A stretch of DNA of 47,899 nt from Spirochaetaceae bacterium (GTDB lineage Bacteria; Spirochaetota; Spirochaetia; DSM-2461): the NCBI GenBank assembly GCA_016342385.1, contig JAEINM010000001.1, forward strand, positions 1 to 47,899. The letters run 5' to 3'. The translations under genes and the position numbers were made by a program. How positions within the stretch are numbered: position 1 is the first letter of the stretch; each line of letters starts with the position of its first letter. Below are positions 11,253 through 21,721 of the stretch, one piece after another. The notes below the pieces were generated by a model. That model saw nothing but the letters and a program-made list of their open reading frames with translations. It searched no databases and was not told where the DNA came from.

Positions 11253-12653
11253 ATGAACTCATATGATTTCAGTATTTTCTGGAAAGAATCTATAAAACAG
11301 CTAAAAGACGATAAATTAATCAGTAATCAGGAATTTGATATGTGGTTTACAAATATTAATTATGTCGAAAGTTCCGAATCTTCAATTATTGTCAGTGTTC
11401 CCTCAAATTTCTATAAAGACCAGGTTAAACAGAGATATCTTGAAATATTGGAAAATAAGCTATTTCAGTTATCCGGTAGAAAACTTCAACTGGATTTTGA
11501 TATTATACAGAAAAGTGAGAATAATCATATAAAAATAAAACAAGATAATAATGATGGTGATCGTGTTTTTGAACCACAAATAAAATCTGAAGAGAAAACT
11601 ATACCGGAAAAAATTCACCCTCAATTAAGAGCCGATTACACTTTTGAAAATTTTGTTGTTGGCAATAATAATATTTTTGCAGCCAATGCTGCAAAAGGTA
11701 TCTCAGAAAATCCTGGGTCATCCTATAATCCCTGTCTCATCTATGGAGGGGTAGGAATGGGTAAAACCCATCTTATGCAATCAATTGGAAATGAAATTTT
11801 TCATAAAAATAAAGGAGAAAGAATTGTCTTTATTTCTGCGGAAACTTTTGTTTCAGAGTTTATTCAATCTCTAAAAAATAAAACTCAGCAGGCTTTTAAA
11901 AACAGATATAGGAATAATGTAGATGTTTTACTCATTGATGATATTCATGAATTTCACAGTAAAGAAGGAACACAAGATGAGTTATTTCATACCTTTAATG
12001 CCTTATATGATGCCAATAAACAAATGGTTTTTACCTGTGATAGACCTCCTTCTGAACTAGTAAATTTTGCAAATAGACTCAAAAGTAGATTTGAGATGGG
12101 TTTAAATGTAGATCTTCAGCCTCCAAATTATGAAACGAGACTGGCTATATTAAAAAATATGAATGATGAGAGTAAAATAAATATTCCCGATGATGTAATT
12201 GAAATGATTTGTAAAAATATTACTACAAATATTAGAGATCTTAAAGCCGCTTTAACTAAATTAATAGCCTACGCTGATCTTGTGGGAAAAAATATAACAA
12301 TGGAAATAGCACAAAATCAGCTGAAACAGGCATTTAATGCTCCTATACAAGCTAATATTACAATTGATAGAGTACAGAGAATTGTATCAGATTATTTCAA
12401 CATAACTCCTAATGATCTAAAAGGAAAAAAAAGAACGAAAATTATTACTTTCCCCAGACAGATATCTATGTATATTATTAGAGAAGTTACAGACTTTTCA
12501 ACAACAGAAATCGGATTGGAATTCGGAGGAAGAGACCATACAACAGTTATGCATTCCTGTCAGAGAATTGAAGACAGAATGAAAACAGATTCAACAATTG
12601 AACCATTAGTTATGAATTTAATCAGATCTGTAAAAGAACATGGTAACAAATAG
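11253..12653 (+). CDS. dnaA: chromosomal replication initiator DnaA
   Basis: YTFENFVVG, GGVGMGKTHL, LLIDDI, GGRDHTTVMHS. Confidence 0.99.
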   Translation: MNSYDFSIFWKESIKQLKDDKLISNQEFDMWFTNINYVESSESSIIVSVPSNFYKDQVKQRYLEILENKLFQLSGRKLQLDFDIIQKSENNHIKIKQDNNDGDRVFEPQIKSEEKTIPEKIHPQLRADYTFENFVVGNNNIFAANAAKGISENPGSSYNPCLIYGGVGMGKTHLMQSIGNEIFHKNKGERIVFISAETFVSEFIQSLKNKTQQAFKNRYRNNVDVLLIDDIHEFHSKEGTQDELFHTFNALYDANKQMVFTCDRPPSELVNFANRLKSRFEMGLNVDLQPPNYETRLAILKNMNDESKINIPDDVIEMICKNITTNIRDLKAALTKLIAYADLVGKNITMEIAQNQLKQAFNAPIQANITIDRVQRIVSDYFNITPNDLKGKKRTKIITFPRQISMYIIREVTDFSTTEIGLEFGGRDHTTVMHSCQRIEDRMKTDSTIEPLVMNLIRSVKEHGNK

Positions 12654-12850
12654 TTAATAAGTGATATAATTCAGTGGATAAATTCTTAATAATCTATATA
12701 AATTAATAATATCTGTGGATACTGTTAATAAACTGTTGTATTTATACATAAGTTATTAGTTTATTAAATACCTTTGATAGAATGAATTGTATTGTTATCC
12801 ACAGAATAACAGGCCCTACTACTACTACTACTATTTTTTATAATAAATTA
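12654..12850. other. oriC: oriC (dnaA-dnaN spacer) with DnaA boxes, GC spacer, DnaA-trios and AT-rich unwinding element
   Basis: Near-consensus boxes at 12673, 12714, 12723 and 12742. TTATCCACA 12795-12803, GGCCC 12812-12816, (CTA)6 12816-12833, then TTTTTTATAATAAATT. Confidence 0.9.
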
Positions 12851-12863
12851 GGAGAATTTGAAA

Positions 12864-13970
12864 ATGAAGTTCAACTGTGAAAAAAACGTAATATTAAAAG
12901 AAATTTCAATAGCTCATGAAATTATATCTTCTCGGAATGCACTATCCATACTCTCTAATGTTATGATAGAGGCAATAGATAATTCTTTAATCATAAAAGC
13001 GACAGATTTAAAAGTTGGATTTGAAACAACAATACCCGTACATGTTGATATTGAAGGAAGCACTTCAGTTTTTTGTGATAAATTTCTTGGTATATTACGA
13101 TCTCTTCCGGAAGGAGATATCGATTTTCAATTAAAAAATAATGAAAAACTTATTATTAAACCTATAGATAAAAAAATTGATTTCCAATTGAAAACAATAT
13201 CTTCAGAAAAATTTCCTGAAATTCAAAATATTAATGAAGAAAACTTTTTTGAGTTTTCTCAGAAAAAATTTATTGAAATGATATCTCAAACAGTATTTTC
13301 CATATCTGATGATGAAACCAGATATTTCATGAATGGTGTATTTATGGAAAAAAACGGAGATAATTTAATAATGGTGGCAACTGATGGCAGAAGGCTTTCT
13401 TATATATCTGAAACTCCTGAAAATTCTATTGATGATTTTGCAGGAGTTATCATCCCATCAAAAATTTTAAATCTTATTAAAAAACTATCTTCCGGTGAAG
13501 GAAATCTTTCTATTGCTGTTTCTGAAAAAACACTTTATGTCAAATTTGATAACCAGAAAGTTTATTCTACTCTTATAGATGGACAGTTTCCAAATTACAA
13601 CAGAGTCATTCCTGAAAAGCAGGATTATAGTATAACAATTAATAAAAAGGATTTTTCTGATGCTTTAAAACGTGTATCTCTTTTAGCAGAACAAAAATCA
13701 AAAAGGATTTTTCTTTCTGTTTCGGGACAGAATATTTCCTTAAAATCTGAAGAAAGCGATATTGGAGTAGCAAAAGAAGATTTTTCCTGTGTCTATGAAG
13801 GTCCGGATTTAACAATAGCTCTTAATTGTCAATATCTACAGGATCCTTTAAGAGTCATAAATGATGAAGAAATAAGTATCGATTTTACTGAATCTAATAG
13901 AGCTATTACTCTTAACTCAGTCCCTCAAAAAAATTATTTTCATATAATTATGCCAATGCAAATGGATTAA
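12864..13970 (+). CDS. dnaN: DNA polymerase III beta sliding clamp
   Basis: ATDGRRLS, GQFPNY, C-terminal IMPM. ATG 12864 fits the AGGAG spacing better than TTG 12858. Confidence 0.98.
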   Translation: MKFNCEKNVILKEISIAHEIISSRNALSILSNVMIEAIDNSLIIKATDLKVGFETTIPVHVDIEGSTSVFCDKFLGILRSLPEGDIDFQLKNNEKLIIKPIDKKIDFQLKTISSEKFPEIQNINEENFFEFSQKKFIEMISQTVFSISDDETRYFMNGVFMEKNGDNLIMVATDGRRLSYISETPENSIDDFAGVIIPSKILNLIKKLSSGEGNLSIAVSEKTLYVKFDNQKVYSTLIDGQFPNYNRVIPEKQDYSITINKKDFSDALKRVSLLAEQKSKRIFLSVSGQNISLKSEESDIGVAKEDFSCVYEGPDLTIALNCQYLQDPLRVINDEEISIDFTESNRAITLNSVPQKNYFHIIMPMQMD

Positions 13971-13972
13971 CA

Positions 13973-15058
13973 TTGGCTATTTGCAGTATAAAATTAAAAA
14001 ACTTCCGGAATATTAAAGAATCTGATTTAAAAACAGATGCTCCGGAAGTTTTTTTTGTCGCAAAAAATGGTCAGGGTAAAACAAATCTACTGGAATCCAT
14101 CTATTTTCTCTGTTATGGAACTTCTTTTCGAACAAGAGAAGATTCTATTATGTGCCACAATAATGCAGAATATATGAGTGCTTCTGCAATTTTTAAAAAC
14201 ACAGATGAAGATATTAATAAAATTTTTATTAGTTACGATGGAAAAAATAAAAAAATTAAATTTAATGATAAAATTGTTCATGACAGGAAAGATATTATAA
14301 GAAATTTTCCCTGTATTATTTTTTCACATACTGATATGGAATTTGTTAATGGATCGCCGGAAAAAAGAAGATTATTTTTAGATCAGACATTGAGTCTATA
14401 TAATCCATATTATATAGACTCAATGAGAAATTTCAAAAAAATATTAAAAAGTAGAAATGTTTTACTTAAAGAAAAAAATACTGAACTTTTAAAAATATAT
14501 AATAATCAATTTATAGAAATTTCACAGGAAATACAAAAAAAAAGGGAGGAAATAACTGAAATATTTAATCCTGTCTTTAAAGAAAAATTTAAAGAAATTT
14601 CTGAATCATCATATGATATTGAAATGATTTATGAGTCTTCCTGGAAAAAACTAAAAACTAAAAAGGAAATATCTGACTATTTAGAAAGTAAAGAACTTTT
14701 TGAAATGACTACTGGTATTACAGGATCGGGGCCTCATAGAGATAAGCTGGTTTTTAATTTTAATAATAGAGATTTTTCTGATATTGGTTCTACCGGTCAA
14801 ATGAGACTTATATCTTTAATACTGAGAATTATGCAGGCTGATTTTTATACAAAAATGACTGGGAGAAAGCCTATATTACTTCTAGATGATGTATTACTTG
14901 AACTTGACTCGGGAAAAAGAGAGAAAGTATTAAATCATCTTCCTGAATACGAACAGGCTTTTTTTACTTTTTTGCCTAATGAAGACTATGTTATATATAA
15001 TAAAGAAAATACAATTGTTTATTCTGTAAATAATGGAGTTTTTGAAAAAATTGGATAA
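13973..15058 (+). CDS. recF: DNA replication/repair protein RecF
   Basis: NFRN, NGQGKTN, GPHRD, STGQ, LLLDDVLLELD; canonical position after dnaN. Confidence 0.95.
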   Translation: MAICSIKLKNFRNIKESDLKTDAPEVFFVAKNGQGKTNLLESIYFLCYGTSFRTREDSIMCHNNAEYMSASAIFKNTDEDINKIFISYDGKNKKIKFNDKIVHDRKDIIRNFPCIIFSHTDMEFVNGSPEKRRLFLDQTLSLYNPYYIDSMRNFKKILKSRNVLLKEKNTELLKIYNNQFIEISQEIQKKREEITEIFNPVFKEKFKEISESSYDIEMIYESSWKKLKTKKEISDYLESKELFEMTTGITGSGPHRDKLVFNFNNRDFSDIGSTGQMRLISLILRIMQADFYTKMTGRKPILLLDDVLLELDSGKREKVLNHLPEYEQAFFTFLPNEDYVIYNKENTIVYSVNNGVFEKIG

Positions 15059-15497
15059 AGCGGGAGAAATATTAAAAAAATTATCAATTTTCAATAATTC
15101 AGAGAACAGTAATGCAGAAAATTATTCCAGTATGTTTAAATCCTGGGAATATATAGTTGGGACAAAACTGGCCGGGTATTCCCGTATTTTGAATATCGAT
15201 AATAATTCACTTATAGTTGAAGCGGATCATCCCGCCATTATTCAATTATTACAGGTTAAATACAGTGAAATTCTTTTCAAACTTAATAAGAAATATAAAG
15301 AATTAAAAATTATAGATATACGCATAATATTGAAGGATCCGGAGATCATATATAATAATAAAAATAAATATGATAAAATGGCTGGAGATAATGATAAATT
15401 ACACAAGAAAAGTAAGGAATATGTTGATATAAATAGTATTGATAATGAAAATTTTAAAGATCTATTGTTGAAAATGAAGAAAAGATCGCAAGTTTAA
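15033..15497 (+). CDS. dciA: DUF721/DciA helicase-loader family protein (start may be TTG 15051)
   Basis: WEYIVG...LIVEADHPAIIQLL pattern and position after recF. Confidence 0.75.
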   Translation: MEFLKKLDKAGEILKKLSIFNNSENSNAENYSSMFKSWEYIVGTKLAGYSRILNIDNNSLIVEADHPAIIQLLQVKYSEILFKLNKKYKELKIIDIRIILKDPEIIYNNKNKYDKMAGDNDKLHKKSKEYVDINSIDNENFKDLLLKMKKRSQV

Positions 15498-15506
15498 TGT
15501 GAATAG

Positions 15507-15536
15507 TTGACAATAGGTTCATTAAAAATTTATATT
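15507..15536 (+). promoter_or_regulatory. sigma70 promoter of rpmH-rnpA-yidD-yidC-jag
   Basis: TTGACA-N18-TATATT, flanked by degenerate DnaA boxes (TGTGAATAG 15498, ATATTAACA 15532). Confidence 0.6.
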
Positions 15537-15595
15537 AACAAGCATTATAAATTTAGTATGATCAAAATTTCTTTATCCATATTCAGGAGTATCCG

Positions 15596-15751
15596 ATGAA
15601 AAGAACATATCAGCCAAGTAAGGTTAAAAGAAATAGAAAATTTGGTTTTAGAGCTAGAATGAAAACTAAGTCCGGAAGGGCTGTTTTAGCAAGAAGAAGA
15701 AGAAAAGGTAGAGCCAAACTTTCTGTAGCTGATGAGAAAAAACCTTACTAA
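15596..15751 (+). CDS. rpmH: 50S ribosomal protein L34 (absent from the ORF track)
   Basis: Hand translation [58 protein letters not shown]; overlaps rnpA by 20 nt. Confidence 0.98.
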   Translation: MKRTYQPSKVKRNRKFGFRARMKTKSGRAVLARRRRKGRAKLSVADEKKPY

Positions 15752-16070
15752 GAAAGAACGATTAGGTAAAAGGTCAGATCTAAAACGTGTTTTTGCTTCT
15801 AAAAAGCAGTTTAGCTGTAAAGGAGCAAAATTAATTTACGTTAAAAACGATCTGACCTTTAATCGATTTGCTATTGCTCTGGTAAGAAAGTATGGTAATG
15901 CTGTGGAACGTAACAGATCAAAACGTTACTTAAGAGAAATCTATAGGAATATTAAAGAATCTATCATTCCTGGTATAGATATTGTTATAGTTTTATATCC
16001 GGGAGATTTTTCGTTTTCAGACAGAAAAAATCAGTTTTTTTCCTTGTTGAAAAGGGGAGAACTTGTTTAA
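15732..16070 (+). CDS. rnpA: ribonuclease P protein component
   Basis: KKERL and [14 protein letters not shown] (RNR motif); synteny. Confidence 0.95.
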   Translation: MRKNLTKKERLGKRSDLKRVFASKKQFSCKGAKLIYVKNDLTFNRFAIALVRKYGNAVERNRSKRYLREIYRNIKESIIPGIDIVIVLYPGDFSFSDRKNQFFSLLKRGELV

Positions 16071-16296
16071 TTTTATTAAAAATATAATTAAATATCTCTT
16101 TATTGGAATTATTCTATTCTATAAAAAGCTCATATCTCCATTATTACCAAAAAGCTGCAGGTTTTACCCAACTTGTTCTACATATTCTTTAGAAGCAATA
16201 AAAAAATATGGACCTTTTAAAGGTTTATTTTTATCAATAAAACGTATATTTAAATGTCACCCTTTTCACCCGGGTGGACATGATCCTTTACCATAG
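16063..16296 (+). CDS. yidD: membrane protein insertion efficiency factor
   Basis: [20 protein letters not shown]. Confidence 0.95.
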   Translation: MFNFIKNIIKYLFIGIILFYKKLISPLLPKSCRFYPTCSTYSLEAIKKYGPFKGLFLSIKRIFKCHPFHPGGHDPLP

Positions 16297-16311
16297 GAAA
16301 TTGGAGTAATT

Positions 16312-18012
16312 ATGGATAAAAGAACACTACTGGCAGTCATTCTTTCTGTCATTGTTATGACCGGAGGATATTTAATTCAGAATAAATTGTCACCTCCCGT
16401 TCCTGTTGTAGAAAGTGAATTGGAAATTACTATTGATAATGAAGCTTTTGAAGAAGAGGACAATATTACTGAAACTGCAGTTTTAAAAGACATTATTGCA
16501 GTTGATGAGAATATTCCTGCAAGAAAAATTAAAGTAGAAACGGAAAAATTTTCAATTACCTTTAATACAACCGGGGCTGTCATATCTTCATTGATTCTGA
16601 AAGATTATGAAGATTACAATACAGATAAATCTATTGAGATGGTTAATAGTATTGATGAGTCCTATTCAGCTTTTAATATAAGTTTTGATGATAAATATAA
16701 TGAAATTTTATCAGACAATTTTCACTATGAGAATAGAGGAAATAATGAATATGAATTTTACAGAGATTTTCAGAAAAAAAATGCTGATGGATCACTGGGT
16801 GATGCTTTTAGAATAGTAAAGAAATATACATTTATCGAAAATGAATTTTTGTTTAAAATAGATATTTCTTTAATTAATTCTCCTTACAGAAGTTATTCTC
16901 TTTCATTTGGACCTGATATTGGACCTACTTATACAAAACTTGATAATAGAAATGAATATAGAAAGTATTATTCTTTTGATGAAGGAAAAAGAACAAATCA
17001 TAAATTGAAAAATAATAGTGAGACTATTACGAATCAAATTGACTGGGCATCAATAAATGGAAAGTATTTTTCACTTATTGTAATACCGGAAAATAGAATA
17101 AATTCAGTTATTTGGAACAAAAATACAGTTCCTTCATACGAAAATTCATCGGAAATGTTTATTTCCAGCAGCATTACTTCTAATACAACTAACGATAGTT
17201 TTTATATATATGCGGGACCCAAAAGTGTAGAATTTATGAATATGTACGATTCTGCAGATAATAACGCCTTTAATCTCAGTGAAATAAATTTATCGGAAGT
17301 TATTGATTCGGCTAGTGTTCCCGGATTGGGATGGTTATCGAATATACTAAAATACATACTTCTATTTATTAATAAACTGATACCAAATTTTGGGATAGCA
17401 ATCATTTTATTAACAATATTAATTAAGGTTATTTTATATCCCATAACTCATAAAGGTATGGAATCAACGGGAAAAATGCAGTTAATTCAGCCAAAATTAA
17501 AAAAACTGCAGGATCAATATAAAAATGATCCTCAGAAACTCAATGCTGCTACTGCAGAATTGTATAAAGCTGAAGGAGTTAACCCTCTGGGAGGATGTCT
17601 TCCTATGCTAATGCAAATGCCTATCTTTTTTGCTCTGTATGGCTTACTAAACAGTTATTTTGGATTAAGAGGAGCTGTTTTTATTCCAGGGTGGATAGAT
17701 AATCTGTCTGCACCTGAATATATATTTTTATTACCATTTTCTATTCCAATACTAGGTTGGACAGCGATTAGATTATTGCCATTCCTCTATGTTGGAACAC
17801 AATTGGTAACAACAAAAATTACTCAAGCTGGTCAAACAGGGACACAGAGTAATTCTCAAATGAAAATGCTTACTTTAGGTATGCCCATTATGTTTTTCTT
17901 TATATTATATAATATGCCCTCAGGTTTATTATTATATTGGACCATGACGAATCTGCTCACAGCAGTGCAGCAGTATTTCATTAATAAGAAGAAAAAAGCT
18001 TCTGCGGCTTAG
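16312..18012 (+). CDS. yidC: membrane protein insertase YidC
   Basis: N-terminal TM plus periplasmic domain; YAGPK, NPLGGCLP, PSGLLLYW. Confidence 0.96.
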   Translation: MDKRTLLAVILSVIVMTGGYLIQNKLSPPVPVVESELEITIDNEAFEEEDNITETAVLKDIIAVDENIPARKIKVETEKFSITFNTTGAVISSLILKDYEDYNTDKSIEMVNSIDESYSAFNISFDDKYNEILSDNFHYENRGNNEYEFYRDFQKKNADGSLGDAFRIVKKYTFIENEFLFKIDISLINSPYRSYSLSFGPDIGPTYTKLDNRNEYRKYYSFDEGKRTNHKLKNNSETITNQIDWASINGKYFSLIVIPENRINSVIWNKNTVPSYENSSEMFISSSITSNTTNDSFYIYAGPKSVEFMNMYDSADNNAFNLSEINLSEVIDSASVPGLGWLSNILKYILLFINKLIPNFGIAIILLTILIKVILYPITHKGMESTGKMQLIQPKLKKLQDQYKNDPQKLNAATAELYKAEGVNPLGGCLPMLMQMPIFFALYGLLNSYFGLRGAVFIPGWIDNLSAPEYIFLLPFSIPILGWTAIRLLPFLYVGTQLVTTKITQAGQTGTQSNSQMKMLTLGMPIMFFFILYNMPSGLLLYWTMTNLLTAVQQYFINKKKKASAA

Positions 18013-18051
18013 AGTAAGCTCCTAAATGAATATGACAACCAGGAGTTGACA

Positions 18052-18717
18052 ATGATAAGAGAATTTGAAGGTAAGACCGAAAAAGAAGCAATCTCAAAAG
18101 CTGTTTCAGAACTCGGTCTTCAACAAGACGAATTTGATGTTGAAATTTTAGAAACAATATCTAATGGATTCTTTAAAAGAGGATCAGTAAGAATTCGTGT
18201 ACATGTAGAAGGTAATATTGCAGCACCTTCACAATTAAGTTTTGATAATGATCTGGAGAAAAAAACAGCAGATTTTGTATCCAAAATCATTGAAAAAATG
18301 GGTTTTCCAGGAAAAGTATCGGTAAATTTCAGAGATGAGAGAAAAATAGGTTTAGATATTAAATCTGATCATTCTGCAATATTAATTGGTAAAAAAGGGA
18401 AAAACATGGATGCCATACAATTACTGGCTAATGTATACCATGGAAAAATTTCTTCCGGTGATGAAAAATCTGCCAGAATCATAATTGATTCTGAAAATTA
18501 CAGAAGAAGAAGAGAAGATAATATTATCAGAATGGCTCAAAAAACAGCTGATCAGGTATGCAGATCTAAAAATTCAAAATTGCTGGAACCAATGAATCCT
18601 TTTGAAAGGCGATTAATTCATACAGCCTTAAATGAAATGACTGATATAATAACTAAAAGTGAAGGTGAAGGTTTATATAAACAGGTAAGAATTATTTATA
18701 AAGGTAGTAGAGAATAG
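18052..18717 (+). CDS. jag: RNA-binding protein Jag/EloR/KhpB
   Basis: Jag_N, KH (LIGKKG) and R3H (FERRLIH). ATG 18052 follows AGGAG. Confidence 0.95.
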   Translation: MIREFEGKTEKEAISKAVSELGLQQDEFDVEILETISNGFFKRGSVRIRVHVEGNIAAPSQLSFDNDLEKKTADFVSKIIEKMGFPGKVSVNFRDERKIGLDIKSDHSAILIGKKGKNMDAIQLLANVYHGKISSGDEKSARIIIDSENYRRRREDNIIRMAQKTADQVCRSKNSKLLEPMNPFERRLIHTALNEMTDIITKSEGEGLYKQVRIIYKGSRE

Positions 18718-18725
18718 CATCATCT

Positions 18726-18955
18726 TGTGGATAAATTGTTTATAAAAATAATAAAGCAGCTTTAAAAAGATATAGTTTATCTCTTTTAAAGCTGCTTTTT
18801 TTATTATAGGAATTTTTATTCACACACTCATTATAAATATACAAAAAAAGATTATAAATCAGAATTTTTATGAATTTTTATGAATTTTAATTATTCTGTA
18901 AAAACCATGAAAAAATCTAAAAAAGTAAAATTAGTTGTTAATAAGTTGTTAATAA
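18726..18955. promoter_or_regulatory. DnaA-box cluster D (jag-thrC)
   Basis: TGTGGATAA-at-TGTTTATAA 18726-18745, TTATTCACA 18816-18824, TGTTAATAA-gt-TGTTAATAA 18936-18955. Confidence 0.65.
18753..18803. terminator. bidirectional intrinsic terminator between jag and thrC
   Basis: AAAGCAGCTTTAAAA / TTTTAAAGCTGCTTT stem followed by a T-tract. Confidence 0.85.
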
Positions 18956-20239
18956 ATAATTTTTTAGAGCTTCATCAGTGTTCTCTACTACTATAGAAAT
19001 TTTTTCCCTTCTTTCTAATTTCTTCAATTCTTCCGGCAATTCAGGTTTAACTGAAATAACATCTTCTATTACTTCAGTGAATTTTCCTGGATGAGCAGTA
19101 GATAATACCATCATATTTGAAAGAGAATGTCTTTCCTGGTACAACTTAGCAGCGCCATAACCAACAGCAGTATGGGGACACATTATATAGTTTTCTTTTT
19201 CATATACTTCTTTTATAATATTTTTTGTCTGTTTGTCATCAATAGCAAAAGCTTCAATTTTCTTTTTAAAATTGTCTACATCATTATGAAAAAAACTTGC
19301 CATTCTTTCATAATTGCTTGGAGAACCTACATCCATGGCATTTGATAGAGTGTGTTTTGATGGAATGGGACTATATAAGCCACTTTCGAGATATTTTGGA
19401 ATGACATCATTGGCATTTGTGGCAGCTACATAGCCTTTAATGTCCAGTCCCCACGATTGAGCATAGAGACCGGCTGTCAGGTTGCCATAATTACCACTAG
19501 GTACAACAAATATAGAATCGCTTTTGCTGCTTTTAATTTGAGAATATGCCCAAATATAATAAAAGGACTGCGGAATTAGTCGTCCCAGATTAATAGAATT
19601 AGCAGAAGATAGATTAATCTTCTCTGTAATATCACTATCGGTAAATGCCGTTTTAACCATTCTCTGACAATCATCAAAGGATCCTTTTACTTCAAGAGCT
19701 TTAATATTGGATCCTATAGAGGTTAATTGTTTTTCCTGAAGAGGGCTGACTCTGCCGGAAGGATACAAAATGATTACATCAATATTATCCTTATTGACAA
19801 AAGCCTGTGCAACAGCAGATCCTGTGTCTCCCGATGTCGCGGTGAGTATAACGGCTTTTTTGTCTTTCTCCTCTAGAAGAACTTCCATAGACTGAGCAAG
19901 AAAAGAAGCACCAAAATCCTTAAAGGCACAGCTTCTTCCATGAAATAATTCCAAAATGGAAATTTTGTTGTTAAGATTAACGATTTTAGGCTGGAAGGTA
20001 AAAGCTTTCTCAGCAATTTCCTGTGACTGAGTCTTTGAGAAAGTATCTTTCAGGAGTGCATATGTTATTTCCGATGCTATTTCCACAAAACTTGTTTTTT
20101 CTGAAAAAGAATTTATTAATTGGCTTAGATCTTTTTTTTCTTTGGGAATATATAATCCACCATCGGGAGCTAGACCCTGAAAAAGTGCTTGTGAAAAATT
20201 AACTATATTTCCATTATCTCTTGTACTGATAAATTTCAT
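18938..20239 (-). CDS. thrC: threonine synthase
   Basis: GLAPDGGL, ELFHG..AFKDFG (PLP Lys), ATSGDTG, PSGNYGN. Confidence 0.95.
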   Translation of the reverse strand: MKFISTRDNGNIVNFSQALFQGLAPDGGLYIPKEKKDLSQLINSFSEKTSFVEIASEITYALLKDTFSKTQSQEIAEKAFTFQPKIVNLNNKISILELFHGRSCAFKDFGASFLAQSMEVLLEEKDKKAVILTATSGDTGSAVAQAFVNKDNIDVIILYPSGRVSPLQEKQLTSIGSNIKALEVKGSFDDCQRMVKTAFTDSDITEKINLSSANSINLGRLIPQSFYYIWAYSQIKSSKSDSIFVVPSGNYGNLTAGLYAQSWGLDIKGYVAATNANDVIPKYLESGLYSPIPSKHTLSNAMDVGSPSNYERMASFFHNDVDNFKKKIEAFAIDDKQTKNIIKEVYEKENYIMCPHTAVGYGAAKLYQERHSLSNMMVLSTAHPGKFTEVIEDVISVKPELPEELKKLERREKISIVVENTDEALKNYLLTTY

Positions 20240-20247
20240 ATTTTCTC

Positions 20248-21621
20248 CTATCCGATAAAAGTTTTGTGAATGGTATTGAGAGCTGTATTTTTATCTGAGC
20301 TTTCAATAACAAATGATATATTTCGTTCTGAAGATCCCTGGGCAATAGCAAGTATATTTATTCCACTATCTCCGAGAGAGCTGAATAATTTACCGGAAAT
20401 TCCAGTCATACCTTTCATATTTTCTCCTATTACGGCAATTATTTCCAGATCGTTTTTCACATCAATTCTATTAATTTTTTTTGTTTTGATTTCATATTCC
20501 AGTCGTTTATTTAAATGATAAATTGCTTTTTCCACTTCGATTGTTCTGCATACTATGCATATACTGTGTTCAGATGAAGCTTGAGTTATCATGATAATAT
20601 TGACTTCTGCATCGGCCAATGCGCTGAAGATAGAAGATGCTATACCGGGTATTCCCAGCATACCGCCACCTTCAACGTTAATAAACGAAACATTATCAAT
20701 GGAAGCTATTCCTGTAATAGCTCTCTCTCTATTGACAGAATTTTTGCTTATTATGGTTCCTTTTGCTTTTGTATTAAGAGTATTTTTAATAATAACGGGA
20801 ATATTTTTCTCAATTGTAGGCATTAGGGTATAGGGATGAATAACTTCCGCCCCGAAATATGATAATTCCATGGCTTCCTCTATACTGAGGTAAGGAATTA
20901 CGAATGAATTGTGAACAACTCTTGGGTCAGCAGTAAGGACTCCATCCACATCGGTCCATATTTCTACAGTTTCAGATTCCATTGCGGCACCGATAATTGC
21001 GGCAGTATAATCACTACCATTTCTACCGAGAGTAGTCGTTATTCCTTTTTCTGATCCGGAAATAAATCCTGTAATAATATAAATTTGACCGGTATTCTCT
21101 AATCTTTCCTTTATTTTTTTGTAACTTTTCTGCAAAAAGACATTACTGCTTCCGTAATTATCATCAGTAATTATTATCTCTCTTGCATCTATCATTTGAG
21201 AGGGGTGTCCAGTTGAATTGAAATATTCAGCCACTATGGAACAATTCAGCCTTTCCCCAAAACTCATAATAAGATCCTTTGTACGCAATGAACATTCTTG
21301 AACCAATTCAACACCATGGAGAATATCCTTTAATTCATCAAGCAGATAATTTATTTTCTCATTTATTGAAGATCTCTTTTCAGTAGGAAATAATTCTTCA
21401 ATTACACTTCTATGACGTTTTGTTATATCCAATAGCTGTAATTTATAATCACTATTACCTTTTTCAGCATTTTTAGATGCTTCAACAAGTAAATTGGTTA
21501 TTCCTTTCATAGCCGAGAGTACAACATAGTGGTTCGTTTTTTCATCCAGAACAATTTGTAATGTTTTTTTTATTCGTTTTCCGTCGGCAAGAGAACTGCC
21601 GCCAAATTTCTGCACCTTCAT
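20248..21621 (-). CDS. aspartate kinase (ThrA-like kinase plus two ACT domains, no homoserine dehydrogenase domain)
   Basis: KFGGSS, TTLGRNGSDY, WTDVDGV, AMELSYFGA, QGSSERNIS. Confidence 0.92.
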   Translation of the reverse strand: MKVQKFGGSSLADGKRIKKTLQIVLDEKTNHYVVLSAMKGITNLLVEASKNAEKGNSDYKLQLLDITKRHRSVIEELFPTEKRSSINEKINYLLDELKDILHGVELVQECSLRTKDLIMSFGERLNCSIVAEYFNSTGHPSQMIDAREIIITDDNYGSSNVFLQKSYKKIKERLENTGQIYIITGFISGSEKGITTTLGRNGSDYTAAIIGAAMESETVEIWTDVDGVLTADPRVVHNSFVIPYLSIEEAMELSYFGAEVIHPYTLMPTIEKNIPVIIKNTLNTKAKGTIISKNSVNRERAITGIASIDNVSFINVEGGGMLGIPGIASSIFSALADAEVNIIMITQASSEHSICIVCRTIEVEKAIYHLNKRLEYEIKTKKINRIDVKNDLEIIAVIGENMKGMTGISGKLFSSLGDSGINILAIAQGSSERNISFVIESSDKNTALNTIHKTFIG

Positions 21622-21721
21622 GAGATTCCTCTATTGATGTTATTTATTCCATACTATATCTTTTTCTAAAAAGAATAGAATATATAGTTAGCAATTATAT
21701 ATAAACAAAAAGGTGTTTTCC

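Noticed and set aside
12816-12833. (CTA)6 as a microsatellite or phase-variation tract
   Set aside because: Its context (DnaA box, GGCCC, AT-rich tract) identifies it as DnaA-trios.
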